From a virus, in the IMG/VR virus record IMGVR_UViG_3300020200_000015, positions 1 to 64,000 of that record: 64,000 nucleotides of DNA. The stretch is one strand, 5' to 3'. The notes beneath the pieces were generated by a model, which was not told the DNA's origin, ran no database searches, and saw only the letters and a program-made list of their open reading frames with translations. Positions 51,632 to 60,901 of this stretch are shown here, in pieces. The position numbers and the translations under genes are program-made. How positions within the stretch are numbered: position 1 is the stretch's first letter; the number at the start of each line of letters is the position of its first letter.

Positions 51632-52348
51632 TCAGCTCGTGGCATGGATCTTAAAGAACGGCACGTTGTTCTCGATCAAGTCCAGCGGGCCACGACCCTG
51701 GAAGTCAACCGAGCGCTCAATCAGCGCATCGTAGCCGCCCGTGATTTCGAAGGACGGGAACACCACCGTACCCTGGTAGTACGTGTTGACATGCTTCGGG
51801 TCAACCTGGAAGCGCAGGACGATGCGCGGCGCGAGGCCGGACAGCGTCTGAACTGCCTGCTTATACCAGAAATTATCCAGCACCAAGCCTTCCAACGAAC
51901 CCTCGAAGCCCAGCAAGCCATCCTCGAAGCTTTTCCACGCTTCGCCCATGACTGTTGAGTCAACGGTGTCGGAGCTGATCGTGGCCGTGAAGTTGCGGTT
52001 GTCACCGACGAGATTGGCAATAGTCGTCAACGTCATCGACGTTGCCATAGCGTAGACACCCGAAAGCACTGACGGGTATTGGCCAAGGTGGATAGCGCCG
52101 CCAGCGTAGTTGACGAGGCGCGTCTGCGTGTTGATGTCAACACCGTTAGAGTCGTTCGCAAGCGCTGGAGTACCCTGGTTCAGACCAGTCGTGAACTGGA
52201 TGAGCGTGTTCTCGCGATCGTATCGCCAGTTACGCGAACCATCAGCAACTTGGAAGACTCTGCCGCTAGGAACCATTTCGACGCCAGAGATCAAAGTCTC
52301 GGTCGTCGAGACTCTGATCGAGGCGTTTTTGCCGTGAATGCCTGCCAT
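51632..52348 (-). CDS. major tail tube protein
   Basis: MAGIHGK, D.T.MG..WK.F..GL..F.GS, YYQG.V and F.G.G.L; strong SD and own terminator. Confidence 0.88.
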   Translation of the reverse strand: MAGIHGKNASIRVSTTETLISGVEMVPSGRVFQVADGSRNWRYDRENTLIQFTTGLNQGTPALANDSNGVDINTQTRLVNYAGGAIHLGQYPSVLSGVYAMATSMTLTTIANLVGDNRNFTATISSDTVDSTVMGEAWKSFEDGLLGFEGSLEGLVLDNFWYKQAVQTLSGLAPRIVLRFQVDPKHVNTYYQGTVVFPSFEITGGYDALIERSVDFQGRGPLDLIENNVPFFKIHATS

Positions 52349-52364
52349 CTTAGTTCTCCTGACT

Positions 52365-52389
52365 GATTGCAGCTTTCATGGCTGCAATC
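52365..52389 (-). promoter_or_regulatory. 9-bp hairpin just upstream of the tail tube SD (possible 5' stabiliser)
   Basis: GATTGCAGC-7 nt-GCTGCAATC. Confidence 0.4.
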
Positions 52390-52425
52390 GTGATCGTTTT
52401 GTGGTTACAGTGAGATATACAACTT

Positions 52426-52962
52426 TCAGTCCGCGTAGGCGTCAGAGATCATACGACGGATCGCAGGCTGTGTGCCTGAGATGAGATCCATCGATTCACT
52501 CTCAGTGAGCAGCACCGAGCCACTCGTGGCTGGGAGGCCAACGTTATACTCTTCGAGAAAGAAGGTATGGAAATGGCCGCTGAGCAGTACGAAAATGCCT
52601 GAAGGTCCAGCGCCAGTCGTAGCGCCGCGCATGACAGTGACCAGATCGGCAAGAACGCCTGATGCAGTTGTGGATGCCGAAGAAATGTCAGGACCAGTAA
52701 CCGTCGTCAGGTAGTTACTGGTAGCTGAAAGAAGGTTAGTGATCGCAGTGTCGAGGTTATTCGACGCCGACGTCATGTTATTGATGAACGTCGAAAGCGA
52801 CTTAACGGTGTCGAAGTCGTAGTCTTGCTGCTCAACAGCTGACACGAGCTTCGTGCGAACTCCGCCTTGGCCTGTCAACAGCTCATCGTAGATGGCAATG
52901 AAAGAGCCGAGGTCTTTGAAGGTAGTGATGAAACCTTCAGGTCCGTTGGGGTTGCGTGGCAT
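52426..52962 (-). CDS. putative virion structural protein (neck/tail region)
   Basis: Position; Ser/Thr-rich; GAGG SD. Confidence 0.6.
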   Translation of the reverse strand: MPRNPNGPEGFITTFKDLGSFIAIYDELLTGQGGVRTKLVSAVEQQDYDFDTVKSLSTFINNMTSASNNLDTAITNLLSATSNYLTTVTGPDISSASTTASGVLADLVTVMRGATTGAGPSGIFVLLSGHFHTFFLEEYNVGLPATSGSVLLTESESMDLISGTQPAIRRMISDAYAD

Positions 52963-53002
52963 TTAATCCTCAGTTTCTACTACACAGCTTTATACACCGC
53001 AT

Positions 53003-53572
53003 CTAGGAATCAGTTAGATTGACTCGTCCCATATTTTCGAGCAATGTGGCAGTGACATCTTTGAAAGCGGTCATTTCAATAGGTGTGATAGAAAGATACT
53101 TGCGATTTCCTTGATCTTTCGTATTCTCAGAACCAAAGAACTCAGAATTGCCGATGTCAATTTGCATCGTACCAACGTTGGCGTAGTACGCACCGCTCAC
53201 TGCCGCGTAGTCGTAGAGTGGCACTCCGATGCCTGAGGTGGCTGTGTTAACAGCCGAACGCAACGACTGCCGCATACTGGCAGTCATGTTCACCAGATCG
53301 GTGTACGATCGGCAACACAACTCGACATGAATAAGAATCTCTCGATCGTAGAGAATATTGCCTTGGCTAAACGGCTTGTCGCCATCACGAACCAAGACAA
53401 CGCCAGCAAACGGCAGCGGTCTAGTGATTTGCTGATTGCCGAGTGTTCCAGGCGCAGGGGCTTTATCCCAGTCGAAGTCAGTGCTGACTACCTTAGAATC
53501 ATTGAGGCCCGATACCGCCACTCCAAGGTAGCGGGTCATGCTCTTGCAAGCGTAGTCAGTGACTCTATCCAT
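53003..53572 (-). CDS. putative tail completion/terminator protein
   Basis: Position after the gp10-like gene; size and alpha/beta pattern. Confidence 0.55.
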   Translation of the reverse strand: MDRVTDYACKSMTRYLGVAVSGLNDSKVVSTDFDWDKAPAPGTLGNQQITRPLPFAGVVLVRDGDKPFSQGNILYDREILIHVELCCRSYTDLVNMTASMRQSLRSAVNTATSGIGVPLYDYAAVSGAYYANVGTMQIDIGNSEFFGSENTKDQGNRKYLSITPIEMTAFKDVTATLLENMGRVNLTDS

Positions 53573-54036
53573 TAGAACCTCTGCCCGCCAACTACACCGC
53601 CACCGCTAGCTTGCTTTCTGCGACCGAAGATGATGTCTTCCATCACATTCTTGTCGCGCAAGTGACGAACAAACAGTCTCTGAGCACGTTCAATCGCCCT
53701 AGCCAAGTAACGACCCCTGGTTTTGTGTTCAAACTCTTGCCGGCGACCGTATGGCACGCTAACTGTGAGTGCACCTGAAAGGATACGTTGTCGGCCTGAC
53801 CCCGACGCTTCGATCCAATCGATCGAATTGATCAATTTGCCTGTGAGTCTTGGCGACCAGTTAGGAGTCTTTGTCAGCTTCTTAGCGTTTCGACCAGCAT
53901 CATTTATTTTTTCCACGATGTACTCGCGGAGATTTTTGAGAGTGCTGTGCGCAGGCCAGCCATTCGGAGTTTCAAGCACCTTGATATCAAAGGCTCTGCC
54001 GTTGATGTTGCTAAAGCCGAATGTAGTTTTAGCCAT
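53572..54036 (-). CDS. HK97-gp10-like neck/tail component
   Basis: P.LTGKLINSI, VPY...QEF and YLARA. Confidence 0.8.
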   Translation of the reverse strand: MAKTTFGFSNINGRAFDIKVLETPNGWPAHSTLKNLREYIVEKINDAGRNAKKLTKTPNWSPRLTGKLINSIDWIEASGSGRQRILSGALTVSVPYGRRQEFEHKTRGRYLARAIERAQRLFVRHLRDKNVMEDIIFGRRKQASGGGVVGGQRF

Positions 54037-54475
54037 TGCGATCTAGCGTTAGGGCGAACTTGATGAGTATGGCGTTGCCTGCGATCTCAGTGACATCGCT
54101 ACCGGCGACATAGTAAAGCCCGCTGGCCAACGGTGTACCCAGAGCAATCTCGCGGATCAGATTGTTAGCGTACAAACCGCTGATGAGATCAAAGGGGTAC
54201 AAAACCGAGGAGTCACCCACCTTCACTCGACCCCCTTGACCAAGTAAGGAATCGCCCAACCTTATAGTTCCTACAACCCCGGAAACAGCCATCCACGAAT
54301 CGGACTGAAAGTAGGTGACTTCCTCAGTAAATGTGTCAAGAATGCCGCTGGTTGCGTAAACGCGAATGCGCGTAGGCGACCAGGCACCGTGAAAAACGTC
54401 ACGCTCAAGCTCGGATCGAAGCAAATCGATCGAGTCTGAGATGTAGATATTCTGGTAGGTGCGATACCTAGCCAT
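54029..54475 (-). CDS. putative head closure (stopper) protein
   Basis: Position; beta-rich, GG.V.VGD. Confidence 0.55.
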   Translation of the reverse strand: MARYRTYQNIYISDSIDLLRSELERDVFHGAWSPTRIRVYATSGILDTFTEEVTYFQSDSWMAVSGVVGTIRLGDSLLGQGGRVKVGDSSVLYPFDLISGLYANNLIREIALGTPLASGLYYVAGSDVTEIAGNAILIKFALTLDRNG

Positions 54476-54984
54476 CAGTACCTATGGTCAGGGCTGGTAT
54501 TTCGGCGCACGGTCGAGTTGTCAAAGTTGCGCTGGTAGTGCGGCTGGACGGTGCTGTTGAAGTTAAGCATACCGCCCGTGCTACGCTCGCTGATGCCCTC
54601 AATCTTGGCAGTAAGCTGGCGCTGCCTAGCTTCACTATAGCGCTGCTGCAAGGCTTTGACAACCTCAACCAAGTTCTGCGCTACGTTCGACGGATCGACA
54701 ATCTCTTGATTAGCTTGCCACTTAATTCTACGCGCCTCGTCCTGCGCTATCTGTAAAATAGCATCAGCGCGAGCGATGAGCATACACCACGACTCTTGTA
54801 ATGCATTCATCGACTCTGCATTAGCGGTGCCGTCAGTAGCCTCTGCTGCTGCATCGTCGATGATGTCGAACAATTCCTCATCAGCAAAAGCATACTCACT
54901 CGGGCCAAGCGGCTGCCCGGTACGCTTGCTGTAGAAGTCTTGGATCTTACGACGAAGCTTCTGAACTTGAACTGTTGTAGCCAT
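54475..54984 (-). CDS. putative head-tail adaptor protein
   Basis: LRRKIQD ... F.DEEL..II helical pattern; position. Confidence 0.6.
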   Translation of the reverse strand: MATTVQVQKLRRKIQDFYSKRTGQPLGPSEYAFADEELFDIIDDAAAEATDGTANAESMNALQESWCMLIARADAILQIAQDEARRIKWQANQEIVDPSNVAQNLVEVVKALQQRYSEARQRQLTAKIEGISERSTGGMLNFNSTVQPHYQRNFDNSTVRRNTSPDHRY

Positions 54985-55128
54985 CAGAGTGTCGGCACGG
55001 CGTCAGCAATCAATTCAAGATACTTCTGGTAGATTGCAAGCCCCATGTACATTTCTGATTCACTAGAATAATGAATGGCGTCTGGCCTCAAGATTGCCAA
55101 CGACGAGAAATGTTGGGATGGTGGCCAT
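54984..55128 (-). pseudogene. probable internally deleted SGNH/sialate-O-acetylesterase-like gene remnant
   Basis: MATIPTFLVVG.. in one frame joined out of frame to ..LRPDAIHYSSESEMYMGLAIYQKYLELIADAVPTL*, whose stop overlaps the next ATG. Confidence 0.4.
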
Positions 55129-55147
55129 ATCTCAATTATCTATACAT

Positions 55148-55270
55148 AGATGAAGCCGAGTGACCGGCAACGCCGAATCACCCAGCTTCATCTGCTGCCT
55201 AAAGCAGTTTCTCGCTGTTTTAGTGCTACCAGCCGTTAGCCAAAAGAGCGGCTGATACGGCTGATGAGCA
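55148..55270 (-). other. two long imperfect RNA hairpins (55148-55193 and 55224-55270)
   Basis: Mismatches resolve into G-U pairs on the minus strand. Confidence 0.6.
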
Positions 55271-55525
55271 TTAAACAGGCTTAGGGGGCTCTTGAGGCTT
55301 CACAGCCGGCGGTGCCCAAATATCGGTGAGCGATTGGCTGATGATCCAAACTGCACCGAGAAAGACAGCAGCAGCGAGACGGCACTCGGCGCGCACGCCT
55401 TCAAAGCCGACAGAATCGGCGTTGGCGATAGCAACAAGGCCGAGCAAAAAAATCATCGCTCGCTTGCTGTCAGCAAGCTCACGAAGCGTGTCCCAAAAGG
55501 GCGCGAAGATTCCAAGTGTTTTCAT
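55271..55525 (-). CDS. small two-TM membrane protein, possible holin
   Basis: SKR followed by two hydrophobic segments, then Q.L.D. Confidence 0.5.
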   Translation of the reverse strand: MKTLGIFAPFWDTLRELADSKRAMIFLLGLVAIANADSVGFEGVRAECRLAAAVFLGAVWIISQSLTDIWAPPAVKPQEPPKPV

Positions 55526-55764
55526 GCGATGATCTTCCCAACTGCGACGATGGTTTGCACGATTGCAATCACGTTCGCCAGTTTAACAGCGTTTGCCTGA
55601 TTGGTTGCAATGGCATCCTTCAGCTCGACAATCAGTTTGTCGATCCGATCTTTGTCGATCTTGCTCTCGAAGATCTTTGCAGCCTGCTCAGGCGTGAGTT
55701 GTGAAAGGTCGTAGCTGCTATCCTGCCTAGCAGCGTTGATGGCATCATCCCAGGAAGGGGGCAT
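55522..55764 (-). CDS. small helical protein with hydrophobic C-terminus
   Basis: GAGG SD; operon-like packing. Confidence 0.6.
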   Translation of the reverse strand: MPPSWDDAINAARQDSSYDLSQLTPEQAAKIFESKIDKDRIDKLIVELKDAIATNQANAVKLANVIAIVQTIVAVGKIIA

Positions 55765-55772
55765 CGTTTACC

Positions 55773-56096
55773 TCACTTTGTAAAATCTTTGATCTCACGC
55801 GCCAGTTCTAACACCTGCTGCTGGAACTTGACAGGATCGATCACACCAGCAGTATTCAGATACTGCACGAAGACAGTCATCAGATCGTTGAAGCGACGGC
55901 GATCTTCTTCAGCAGCGGCCATCACAATGGCAATCGTCTCAGGGCTGGGCTTGCCAGCCATGAAGATCATCTGCCACTTGCCAGAGTGCTGGGTGAAGAT
56001 CGTGTTGAGCTGGGCAGCAGCCTCTGTCGTCTTGGCGGCATCGACAGTGCTGCAACTAGCAAATGCGAGAATGAAGAGTGGAACAAACTTGCGCAT
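55773..56096 (-). CDS. putative lipoprotein
   Basis: MRKFVPLFILAFAS|C lipobox. Confidence 0.7.
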   Translation of the reverse strand: MRKFVPLFILAFASCSTVDAAKTTEAAAQLNTIFTQHSGKWQMIFMAGKPSPETIAIVMAAAEEDRRRFNDLMTVFVQYLNTAGVIDPVKFQQQVLELAREIKDFTK

Positions 56097-56097
56097 A

Positions 56098-57480
56098 TCA
56101 GCCTCTCTTGTTGAGTGCTTCGAGAATCAGGTCTTTAAACTGGATGGCGACTACATCCCAAGTCGGGGCGTAATCGTTCGCCGCTGCATCTTTCCTCATC
56201 TGTGCCGCATACTCTTTGTCAACAAACACCTTGTTGATCTTATCAGCAGCATCACCAATATCAGCGTTCGCCCACTCGTTCTCCCAAGTGACGAACATGT
56301 CGTAGTCGCGGACGGCAACCGTGGAGCCGCCACCCTTAGAAACAAGTTCAGGCATCGAGCTGTAGTCGGTGACGAGAGTCGGCACGCCGCACGACAGCGT
56401 TTCTACAATCGGCAGTCCAAAGCCTTCGCTGTGCGACAAGAAGCAGTGGACATCGAAGCAGTTCATGATCTGAGCGAGCGCTGCGCGAGGCAAACCGTGC
56501 AGAGCCTTGTAACCAGGCGTGATGGCAACGCGACCGTTCAGATCGAGACGATAGAAGATCTCATCGATTCTCCAGCCAATGCCGGGTCTATCGTGCACAT
56601 CGGCACCATCGCCGCGTGTCGTGTGCAGATAGATGATTGACTTCTCAGTCTCTTCGCGCTGCTGGAACGCCGGGCACACATCGCAGCGGAAGCACTGCTT
56701 ATCGCGGCAGAACTCATTTGCCGTCATCGTTTGCGCGATTTCACCCGTCTTGGGGTCGCTAATGTTGACCTCTTGGCGTTCGACCCAAGTCTTGCAGTTG
56801 AACGCCTTGAAAGCCTTTGCAACACGGGGAATGCCCTTACGGACCTGATTTCGACCAACGAAGCCGACGATGAACTTATCGGCAAACTCCTTGCCGAGAG
56901 TCATGCCTTTACGCTTAGTCATCAGCTCATCGTGATCAGTATTCTCATTTGTGCCTTCCGGATACCATGGGCGGAAGGTCACCTTGTCAACACCATGCAA
57001 AATCAGTCGCGGCGCACGGAACGGCACTTGCTGTTCGACAATTTCTTGACCGAACTTGCTGAAGGTCACAAGGCAGTCCGGCTTGCGCAATGATGATTGC
57101 CACGGGATTGAGATAACGTCACGGTCAATCGGCACGTAAGCAAGCCACATGAAGCTATCACGCGCCCTGCAAACAGCCACATGGTCAGTCATCCACGGGT
57201 CGCCAAGCGTCAGAACCACCTTTGGCTTGACATTGTCAATGATAGCATTGAAGCTATTCTTGCCGAACTGGTCCTCGCCAGTCCAAAACTGCGTTGTGTG
57301 CAGATGAATGCCCATCGAGCGGGCTTGCTCAAGGTGATTTGGGTTGGCGTGCCACCCAAGATAGTGCACCTCGAAAGTGTCCATCGAAGCGAGCCTAGCG
57401 CAAAGCTCACGACCGACAGTACCAAAGCCGGTGTCACCCCAATCGGACATGAACAGAATCTTGATTTTGTTATGAGTCAT
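56098..57480 (-). CDS. glycosyltransferase family 4 (GT-B) with a Cys-rich insertion
   Basis: TGFG.V, HGVD...F, VGRNQ.RK, D...L.S.SEGFGLP.VE...CGVP and SMPE. Confidence 0.93.
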   Translation of the reverse strand: MTHNKIKILFMSDWGDTGFGTVGRELCARLASMDTFEVHYLGWHANPNHLEQARSMGIHLHTTQFWTGEDQFGKNSFNAIIDNVKPKVVLTLGDPWMTDHVAVCRARDSFMWLAYVPIDRDVISIPWQSSLRKPDCLVTFSKFGQEIVEQQVPFRAPRLILHGVDKVTFRPWYPEGTNENTDHDELMTKRKGMTLGKEFADKFIVGFVGRNQVRKGIPRVAKAFKAFNCKTWVERQEVNISDPKTGEIAQTMTANEFCRDKQCFRCDVCPAFQQREETEKSIIYLHTTRGDGADVHDRPGIGWRIDEIFYRLDLNGRVAITPGYKALHGLPRAALAQIMNCFDVHCFLSHSEGFGLPIVETLSCGVPTLVTDYSSMPELVSKGGGSTVAVRDYDMFVTWENEWANADIGDAADKINKVFVDKEYAAQMRKDAAANDYAPTWDVVAIQFKDLILEALNKRG

Positions 57481-57554
57481 TTTCGTTCTAGCTTTTACTG
57501 ATAGTGACTACCATTCAAGCATAGCTATTAGAAGCACTTCATAATGAAGCTACG

Positions 57555-57598
57555 AAAACAAACCAGCCCCGCCGTGTGTGGTTTGACGGCAGGGCTGG
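57555..57598 (-). terminator. rho-independent terminator after the major capsid gene
   Basis: 13-bp stem (minus strand CCAGCCCTGCCGT/ACGGCGGGGCTGG) followed by TTTGTTTT. Confidence 0.85.
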
Positions 57599-57615
57599 CT
57601 CTTCTAACTACGGTA

Positions 57616-58617
57616 TCAGAAATCGCTCACCGACACAACGGTCGTCGGGATGCTCGACAAGCCCCTGATCACAGCAGCCTCACCGACGAGGACGCCACGA
57701 CGGAACTTGCCAACCATCACCTCCGCATCATGCAGCAGATCCTGGAAGTTACCCAGGCTCAGCGGCAAGCGGTTCGTGCTGATGAGGCGCTTCTTGGACT
57801 CGATCATGTAGGCCGTGCCAGACGGGATGTACTCCGTCACGATCAGCCTCATGCGGCCAGTCACCTCGTTGCGCGCAGCGCTACCGACACCAAAGTCGCC
57901 CGGCGTGGTCATGGCCAGCTTGGCGAGAGGCTCACACTCCGGCGGGACCAGCAGGACGTCAGGACGGTGACGGTTGCGGCGCATGGTCGTTGAAGCTTCA
58001 TTCAACGTGTTGATCATCTTCGCCACGTTTGACGTACCCGTGCCGCTGAAGCTAGTCGTGCCACTGAGGCCAGAGCTGACCGACGCCAAGATAGCGCCAT
58101 AGTGAATGGCGGCCATCTTGTCATTCGCAGCCGAACGGAAGTCCTCCGTCACCATCTCGATCAGGCCCATCTGGCCATCGGTGAACCACTCGTTCGAGTA
58201 GCCGATAGCAGCGCCGTACTTGACGTGACGAACGTACTTCTCAGCCGACGTGACTCGGTTGAACTTGATCTCGCCGTTCTCACCAACCTCGGTGAACATG
58301 ATGCCGTAAGCACCAGCCGAGGCCGCATCCTCAGCGGCGTTGAACGTAGCCGGCTCGTTAGCGCCTGAAAGCTGCGTCACCACCTGTGAGGGGCGGAAGG
58401 GGAACAGTTCACCATGACCACGGCCAGGGATCACGCGGAAGATGTCCTGCCAACCGATGTCGGCAGAGTTATCGTTCTGCATGAAGAACTCATTGACCGC
58501 AGTCGTGAAGAACTGCTTGGTGTCGGAAGTCGCGATGATTTCCTGCACCTGACCATCTTCCTCAATGACCATCTGGCCATTGCGGAAGTTGACATTATCC
58601 TTGAAAAGCTTGCCCAT
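57616..58617 (-). CDS. major capsid protein (HK97 fold)
   Basis: EVGE.GEI, KYG.AI, PD.LLVPP; follows protease and decoration genes; strongly biased codons; followed by a terminator. Confidence 0.88.
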   Translation of the reverse strand: MGKLFKDNVNFRNGQMVIEEDGQVQEIIATSDTKQFFTTAVNEFFMQNDNSADIGWQDIFRVIPGRGHGELFPFRPSQVVTQLSGANEPATFNAAEDAASAGAYGIMFTEVGENGEIKFNRVTSAEKYVRHVKYGAAIGYSNEWFTDGQMGLIEMVTEDFRSAANDKMAAIHYGAILASVSSGLSGTTSFSGTGTSNVAKMINTLNEASTTMRRNRHRPDVLLVPPECEPLAKLAMTTPGDFGVGSAARNEVTGRMRLIVTEYIPSGTAYMIESKKRLISTNRLPLSLGNFQDLLHDAEVMVGKFRRGVLVGEAAVIRGLSSIPTTVVSVSDF

Positions 58618-58640
58618 CTGAGTTGTCCTCTTTTGTTAGA

Positions 58641-59174
58641 TCACGCCAGCGTCGCGGGGGCGATCGCAGCCAGACCGTGCAGCGGCAAGCCGGTGAGCTT
58701 GACGTCAACCACGTTCATTCCAGTGAAGGGGACCGTGGTGGCCGTGTAGTTACCGCCAACCGCGAACCCGACAAGAGCGCCACTGATGGCACCCATCCAA
58801 ACATCGCCGATGACGTTATCGGTGACGCCCGAGGCCACGTTGCTCGTGAACTGCGCCCAAAGCGGGTCGCCATCAACGACAAGCGTACCGGAAGCAGGCA
58901 GGCGGAAGGTAAACACGCCCGCGATGGTCATGTCACCCTTGCCGGTGCCCGTCTGTGACTCAGCTGCAACGCCGTCGCCGATCTGAATCGGACGACCGTC
59001 CAGCGTAGTCAGTTGGACCGTTGAACCAGTGATGTCATCCTCGACAACACCGATCCAGGCTCTGCCGGTCGCCGCGCTACCCGTGCGACGGTAGAGGCTA
59101 CCGCCCACGATTGTACCACTCGTCACGCCACTGATCGTGATCGAGTTACCCTGCTGACGAAAGTTCTTAGCCAT
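58641..59174 (-). CDS. capsid decoration/cement protein (DUF2190-like)
   Basis: MAKNFRQQG..ITI, GV..., GVF and GD.LW; AGGAG SD. Confidence 0.8.
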   Translation of the reverse strand: MAKNFRQQGNSITISGVTSGTIVGGSLYRRTGSAATGRAWIGVVEDDITGSTVQLTTLDGRPIQIGDGVAAESQTGTGKGDMTIAGVFTFRLPASGTLVVDGDPLWAQFTSNVASGVTDNVIGDVWMGAISGALVGFAVGGNYTATTVPFTGMNVVDVKLTGLPLHGLAAIAPATLA

Positions 59175-59195
59175 TTGATGTTTCTCCTACTGTGA

Positions 59196-60434
59196 TCAGT
59201 TGCCAGCACGCTTGGCGCGTGCATCAACGATGCTTGAAGCCAAAATGGTATCAAGCTTCGCGCCACCCTTACGAGCGGGCGGGTTATCGGTGTGTGTGCG
59301 ACGAGCGGCAGTGGCGCGCTCGCCACCGACCATCTCAGCCAGTTCGGCGATCTCGGCGTAAGCGGCACCCATGCCGTCACTCAAAGCCGCCTTGCTCTTC
59401 TCCAGGTCGCCCTCGACAACCTTAATAGTGACGCGCTTCATAGCGACATCAACCAGTTTGGCGTCATTGCCGGGCTTGGCCTTCATCTCAACAACCTGCT
59501 CGGCCATGTAAACCTTCAGGTCGCCTTCGATTCGAGCGTTACGCTCGTCTTCGAAACGCCTCTGCCATGAAGTTGACTCGTCCTTAGCGGACTGAACAGC
59601 AGCCTGCATCTCAGCGACCTCAGCAGCCATCGCCGCCTTCTCATCCTTGAACTTTTCGCGCTCCCGCACCAGTTCACGAGTCGAATTCGCGATCTCCTGA
59701 ATCTCAGTCGCCGACTGCTCACCAACAAGAGCCATAATTTCGGTCTTGTATTCGGCGAGCAGCTCTTCCTTGGTGAGCTTCTTAGTCATCGTGTCCTCAG
59801 TTATGGTTTCAGTTCCAATTGTGGTAACTACCATCTCAGATACAATAGCTGTCACTCCAGCGTGAACTAGACCGCCTGCACCCGGATTGCAGAAATCCAC
59901 ACTCTTCAAAGGCTTCACAAGATGGGTAACGTTTCGGGTAGTCTCAGTACCCGTTCTAGTCATCCTGGCAGTGCCAAGGATTGAAACGCTACCAGCCATC
60001 TTCTTCTTGATGTCATTACGCAGCTTGCCATCTGCATTAGAGATGTAAGCCTTTCCAATGGCGGCGAGTACTTTCTTGCCTTCGACGTCAATTACCTGCT
60101 CTCTAGCAGCGATGATTCTACCGACAGGTTCGCGGTACTTCCAGCTCTGCGTACCAGGCTCTTCATGGCCCTTGTACATGTTCACGCCTACCATGGCGTC
60201 AACGCACGACTTGACAGCCGGTGCGGTGTAGATTCTATCGTTGTTGCTCAAGCCTTCATAGAGGCCGACAAACTCAACAAAGAATGGATTCTCGTCGTCC
60301 TTAGTCATCTCTTGGACAACGTCATCGTTGAGCGCAATAACACCATCAGACGTCTTCCACACATCTTTGTCAGTGATCTCACTGACATTGTGCGAAAGAA
60401 GCTCGAAACCGATATTCTGCTCTGTTGAACTCAT
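59196..60434 (-). CDS. prohead protease fused to a scaffold domain
   Basis: S.N.RIY, YKGH, SVSI.G and SVDF...G protease motifs; C-terminal charged coiled coil. Confidence 0.85.
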   Translation of the reverse strand: MSSTEQNIGFELLSHNVSEITDKDVWKTSDGVIALNDDVVQEMTKDDENPFFVEFVGLYEGLSNNDRIYTAPAVKSCVDAMVGVNMYKGHEEPGTQSWKYREPVGRIIAAREQVIDVEGKKVLAAIGKAYISNADGKLRNDIKKKMAGSVSILGTARMTRTGTETTRNVTHLVKPLKSVDFCNPGAGGLVHAGVTAIVSEMVVTTIGTETITEDTMTKKLTKEELLAEYKTEIMALVGEQSATEIQEIANSTRELVREREKFKDEKAAMAAEVAEMQAAVQSAKDESTSWQRRFEDERNARIEGDLKVYMAEQVVEMKAKPGNDAKLVDVAMKRVTIKVVEGDLEKSKAALSDGMGAAYAEIAELAEMVGGERATAARRTHTDNPPARKGGAKLDTILASSIVDARAKRAGN

Positions 60435-60901
60435 ATCTCGTTCGCGTTCTTTAGGTGTTCGCGCTCATCGCGGTAAATCCTATTATCAAAAACAATCGGA
60501 TAGAATCTTCCTGGACTCCTAAGCATGATGGCCACTTTCGCCATCTTCACAGGATCCCTCGTTCCCAGATACTGATTGCACATTTCTTGAAGATTGGAAT
60601 TAGGAGTCATAAAGCCATTGCAGATTTTCACAGTCTTCGAAATGACGCTATTCAGCTCAATATGCTTCTGACGCCAACTCAGCAAGAAATCTTCTGTTCC
60701 GCACAGATCGCCAGCTTTTTCGCACTCTTTATTGAAGTGCTTCTCGAAATACTTATAATCGAAGATGTATCTCGACCTAGCATCCTTGTGATAGGCCGAG
60801 TACATTCCGATCAACTGCCAAGCTGAGTAGATATTCTCCCGATGGAAGTGAAAGCACATGTAGTGCTCGCGGTATAGCTTACCGCCAATTCTAAACATCA
60901 A
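60431..60901 (-). CDS. hypothetical protein between portal and protease
   Basis: ATGA overlaps at both ends. Confidence 0.6.
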   Translation of the reverse strand: MMFRIGGKLYREHYMCFHFHRENIYSAWQLIGMYSAYHKDARSRYIFDYKYFEKHFNKECEKAGDLCGTEDFLLSWRQKHIELNSVISKTVKICNGFMTPNSNLQEMCNQYLGTRDPVKMAKVAIMLRSPGRFYPIVFDNRIYRDEREHLKNANEI

